Shown: positions 34,766 through 37,504 of the stretch, in pieces
How positions within the stretch are numbered: position 1 is the first letter of the stretch
Layout: every line of letters begins with the position of its first letter
Assembly: GCA_943704425.1 (NCBI GenBank)
Contig: CALSCP010001392.1
Location: 1-37,504, forward strand
Origin: Ministeria vibrans ATCC 50519
Lineage: Eukaryota; Protista; Filasterea
DNA length: 37,504 bases
Reading direction: 5' to 3'
Made by a program: the position numbers and the translations under genes
Notes under the pieces: model-generated
Seen by the model: the letters and a program-made list of their open reading frames with translations, nothing else
The model's database searches: none
What the model was told of the DNA's origin: nothing

Positions 34766-37131
34766 TCAGTACAGCCCCGCATTCACCGCACGACGGTAAC
34801 TTTGCAGTTGACGATGCTACAAAAAGAATACACCCAAAAGTTATGTATTAATATTGTTAATTGTCATATTTATTTCGCATCACTCTCGCGTACCTGTCTC
34901 TCGGTGGGCCGATAGTTCTTTGTCGCATCCAACTGAAGGGACCCCATCGAGTCCGCCTGACGCGCCAACTGAGCCTTGCGCCACTCTTGCTGCTCCTTCA
35001 ACTCGCGCTGGGCGAGCCACGTCTGCTCAAGGTCGCGTCGCTCGTCAAACGCTCTGCGTCGCGCATGTCTCTGCTCGCCCACCAGAAACGCCTCCGTCTG
35101 TTCCATCTTGCGCCGTGACTCTGCTTCCAATGCCGCCGACTTTGCTTGTGCCTGCATTCGACGCGCTGCCGCCGCACCCTGCTGCTCCACCGCCAGTCGC
35201 TGCGCCTCCTCCCGACGCTACGACACACACGTATGCACAAATCTATTCCTTATATTGTTATTGTATAGAAGTTATACCTCTCGCTCAATCTGCTCGTCGT
35301 ATCGCTCCGGGTGGGCAAACACATTGACCATGGGAGCGGCATGGACGGAGCTCGTGCTGGCGCGCACCTGATCGCGCGTGCGGATCTGTCGGTCGAGCGC
35401 CTGTCGATATGCGCGACGGCGTTCTTGCTCGCCCCGCACGTACTCGCGCTCCGTATGGTCCAGCTGATCTTCGCGCAGCCGCTGCTCGTCCACTTCAAAT
35501 GCCCGTTCCTGCTCCCACTGTTGCTGTCGGAGCATCCGCTGTTGCGCCGCCAATGCCTGCTGGTCCTCAAACAGGGCTCTCTGTCGGTACCGAGACTAGA
35601 CATGACGCATACAAGTAATGATGAAACAATTAAATTATTATAAATAATTATTAATATTATAATACGTCCGTCATTATTAATACTATTATGCATTATAACC
35701 GATAAGGTTGCACGAATCGTATAATTATATTAATTACCTGGTGCGGATCGTCGGTGCGCATGGCAAAACTGGCCGCCTCAGGGCCATACTCATCATCATG
35801 GATGTACCGTCGCGCACTTGAACCAACGCTATGTCCACTCATCGTGTGGGAGCGGGTGAGCGTCGGAAGGGGCCGCACTGACGGGGTGGGAAGGTGGTGT
35901 GTACTTAGGACGCTGGCCGTGGTTGTGTAGGAGCTCGAGACGGGGCCAAGGGTCGGACGCGGAGGGACATACGAGGGTCGCGTCGTCACGTCACTCGACT
36001 GGCGACGCAGACCTCCATCGAGGTACAGCGTGCCGGCACTAGTGCCGCCTGACATTGCGGACCCGCTGAATGATTCGCTGTTAGCCATGTAAGGGCGACG
36101 ATACTGGTGCTGGTGCTGCTGCGACGTCGGATACAAAGTGCCAGTGCCACTTGTAAGATCAGCCGTGCGCAGAGGACTGTCGCCCATCGAGTGGGTAGCC
36201 GAGCTTGCCCTGGACACACTCGCAATCGTACTTGCGCTTGGTACGCCGGAGCCGGAGGTACCGGTGGATGCTGCTGCAACATTGTAGCCGGGAAGCGCCG
36301 TAGTGCGCCCACTACCAAAGGAGAACTCTGCTGTGCGTCCCCGAATGCGCAAGGTGCCAACCGAACCAAAATCAATGGAGATGGTCTGATGGTCCACAAG
36401 CGCCTTGCCCAGTGCCAACAGCAGCTCTTTGTAGACGCTGTGTGCCTGATCGCGGCTGCAGCCGCATTCGGCGGCAACTGCAGCAAAGTTCAAGTCCATT
36501 ACAGGCACGCCTGCAGACGCTTGACGACGGTCGCCCCGCAGATGGTACTTGCTCAGAAACGCTGGCAGAAGAGCAAACGAACGACTGTATGTGACTTGCA
36601 CGCCCTACCAGTGTTTGACAGAAGCATAGTGTAAGTATTGCTCCGGCGTCGGCGGGCTGTGGCATGCGCAGAAGTGCGTTTTACGTGTGTTTTACGTACT
36701 TTGGTGCCGGCGTCCATTTTTCGTTGCACAAATCCAAAGGTGCAAAATCCCGGAAATAGGACCCCTATTTAACCGTTCAAAGTAATGGAGTACAAGGATG
36801 ATGAGGTGGATATCAAGCGGGCGATACCAAGCACAAAAGATGTCCGAGTAAGACTTTTTATTTTTCGTTGCCACGACAACGCGTCAGGCACAGAAAAAAA
36901 AAGAACACTGTTGCCGGATACATTCCGCCTTTAACAACAACAAACCAACATATGCTTACAGCTTACCTCGAGTGTTGTTCAGAGTGCGTGCAAGGAAATT
37001 TGCCATCGCGTTCCTACCGAAGAGAAGAGTTTAGTTTTATAGTGTGTTGCGCGCAAATCTTACCAAACGCGCATGCTCTCCTGTGGCCCTACTTTTGAGG
37101 ATCGAGCCAGCGTTGAAACAGTTGTCGTCAT
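34766..37131 (-). CDS. CCDC81: CCDC81-like protein (two HU-CCDC81 domains plus C-terminal coiled coil), multi-exon
   Basis: Spliced N-terminus MTTTVSTL..RVWNAMANFLARTLNNTRGVLFPGFCTF (HU domain 1), then LNFAAVAAECGCSRD..ISIDFGSVGTLRI..FSF (HU domain 2), a Ser/Thr linker and E/Q/R-rich coiled-coil exons. TGA at 34768-34766. Confidence 0.82.
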
Positions 37132-37161
37132 TACTGATGTATTTAATAATAATAATAAATA

Positions 37162-37323
37162 GAAGAAGAAGAAGAAAAAGCATAGAGTCACCAGGATCAA
37201 CAACAAAAGCACAAGTGCAATCGCTACCCAGTCAATGGTACGCCATACCCCCAGTGGGGGCTTAGGGCTCTGACAAGCTGTAAAGTGTAAAGCTCCGAGT
37301 AAACTCGGGTGATATCGGACGCG
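37162..37323 (-). mobile_element. Short non-LTR retroelement copy C (more diverged; may extend to ~37428)
   Basis: The reverse complement shares CCCGAGTTTACTCG, TTACAGCTTGTCAGAGCCCTAAGCC, CTGGGGGTATGGCGTACCATTG, TAGCGATTGCACTTGTGCTTTTGTTGT and the (TTC)n tail with copy B. No upstream TSD copy is visible before the contig end. Confidence 0.78.
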
Positions 37324-37426
37324 GTGCCCCAACCCCCCATTACCCATAGATCCAAAGACACGCTCTCGCAGCAAGCGTACGAAGAATTCGAGGAATTTAA
37401 AAGGCATTTTGTCTGACATTGATTAA

Positions 37427-37428
<2 letters not shown>

Positions 37429-37504
<76 letters not shown>
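37429..37504. repeat. Poly-T tract at contig end
   Basis: 76 consecutive T. Confidence 0.95.

Noticed and set aside
37060-37419. 119-aa ORF as an N-terminal extension of CCDC81
   Set aside because: It runs through the retroelement copy and its TTC/TTA tail. The ATG at 37131 fits the start of the HU-CCDC81 domain better.

Overview
This is a compact, intron-rich eukaryotic contig in the standard genetic code, not prokaryotic DNA. It has GC-rich exons, short GT-AG introns often filled with microsatellites, and 40-350 bp AT-rich intergenic spacers. The gene content (CCDC81, TM7SF3, TMEM120, a Notch-like EGF receptor with tyrosine motifs) suggests a flagellated unicellular opisthokont or holozoan-like organism, but that assignment is inference. 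Manual splicing gives 14 complete genes plus one partial first exon. In order: class-V PLP aminotransferase, RluA-family pseudouridine synthase, TMEM120, a signal-peptide protein with a degenerate TTLL/ATP-grasp-like domain, a 3xLIM protein, a UFD1-like/Zn-finger/AZUL protein, a Cys/His-rich nuclear protein, a 16xEGF type-I membrane protein, an SGNH/PC-esterase-like protein, a GH47 mannosidase, an ankyrin-kinase-PARP fusion, TM7SF3, a small membrane protein and CCDC81. Four observations stand out. (1) Three apparently separate ORFs splice in phase into one ankyrin / pseudokinase / tankyrase-like PARP gene with both catalytic sites altered. (2) A short non-LTR retroelement family is present three times, with a (TTC)n tail and exact 15-bp and 13-bp target-site duplications. 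(3) A Notch-type EGF ectodomain is joined to a long disordered tail with repeated Tyr and LFG(D/E) motifs. (4) There is a putatively secreted TTLL-like pseudoenzyme. All gene models are read by eye and no searches were run.
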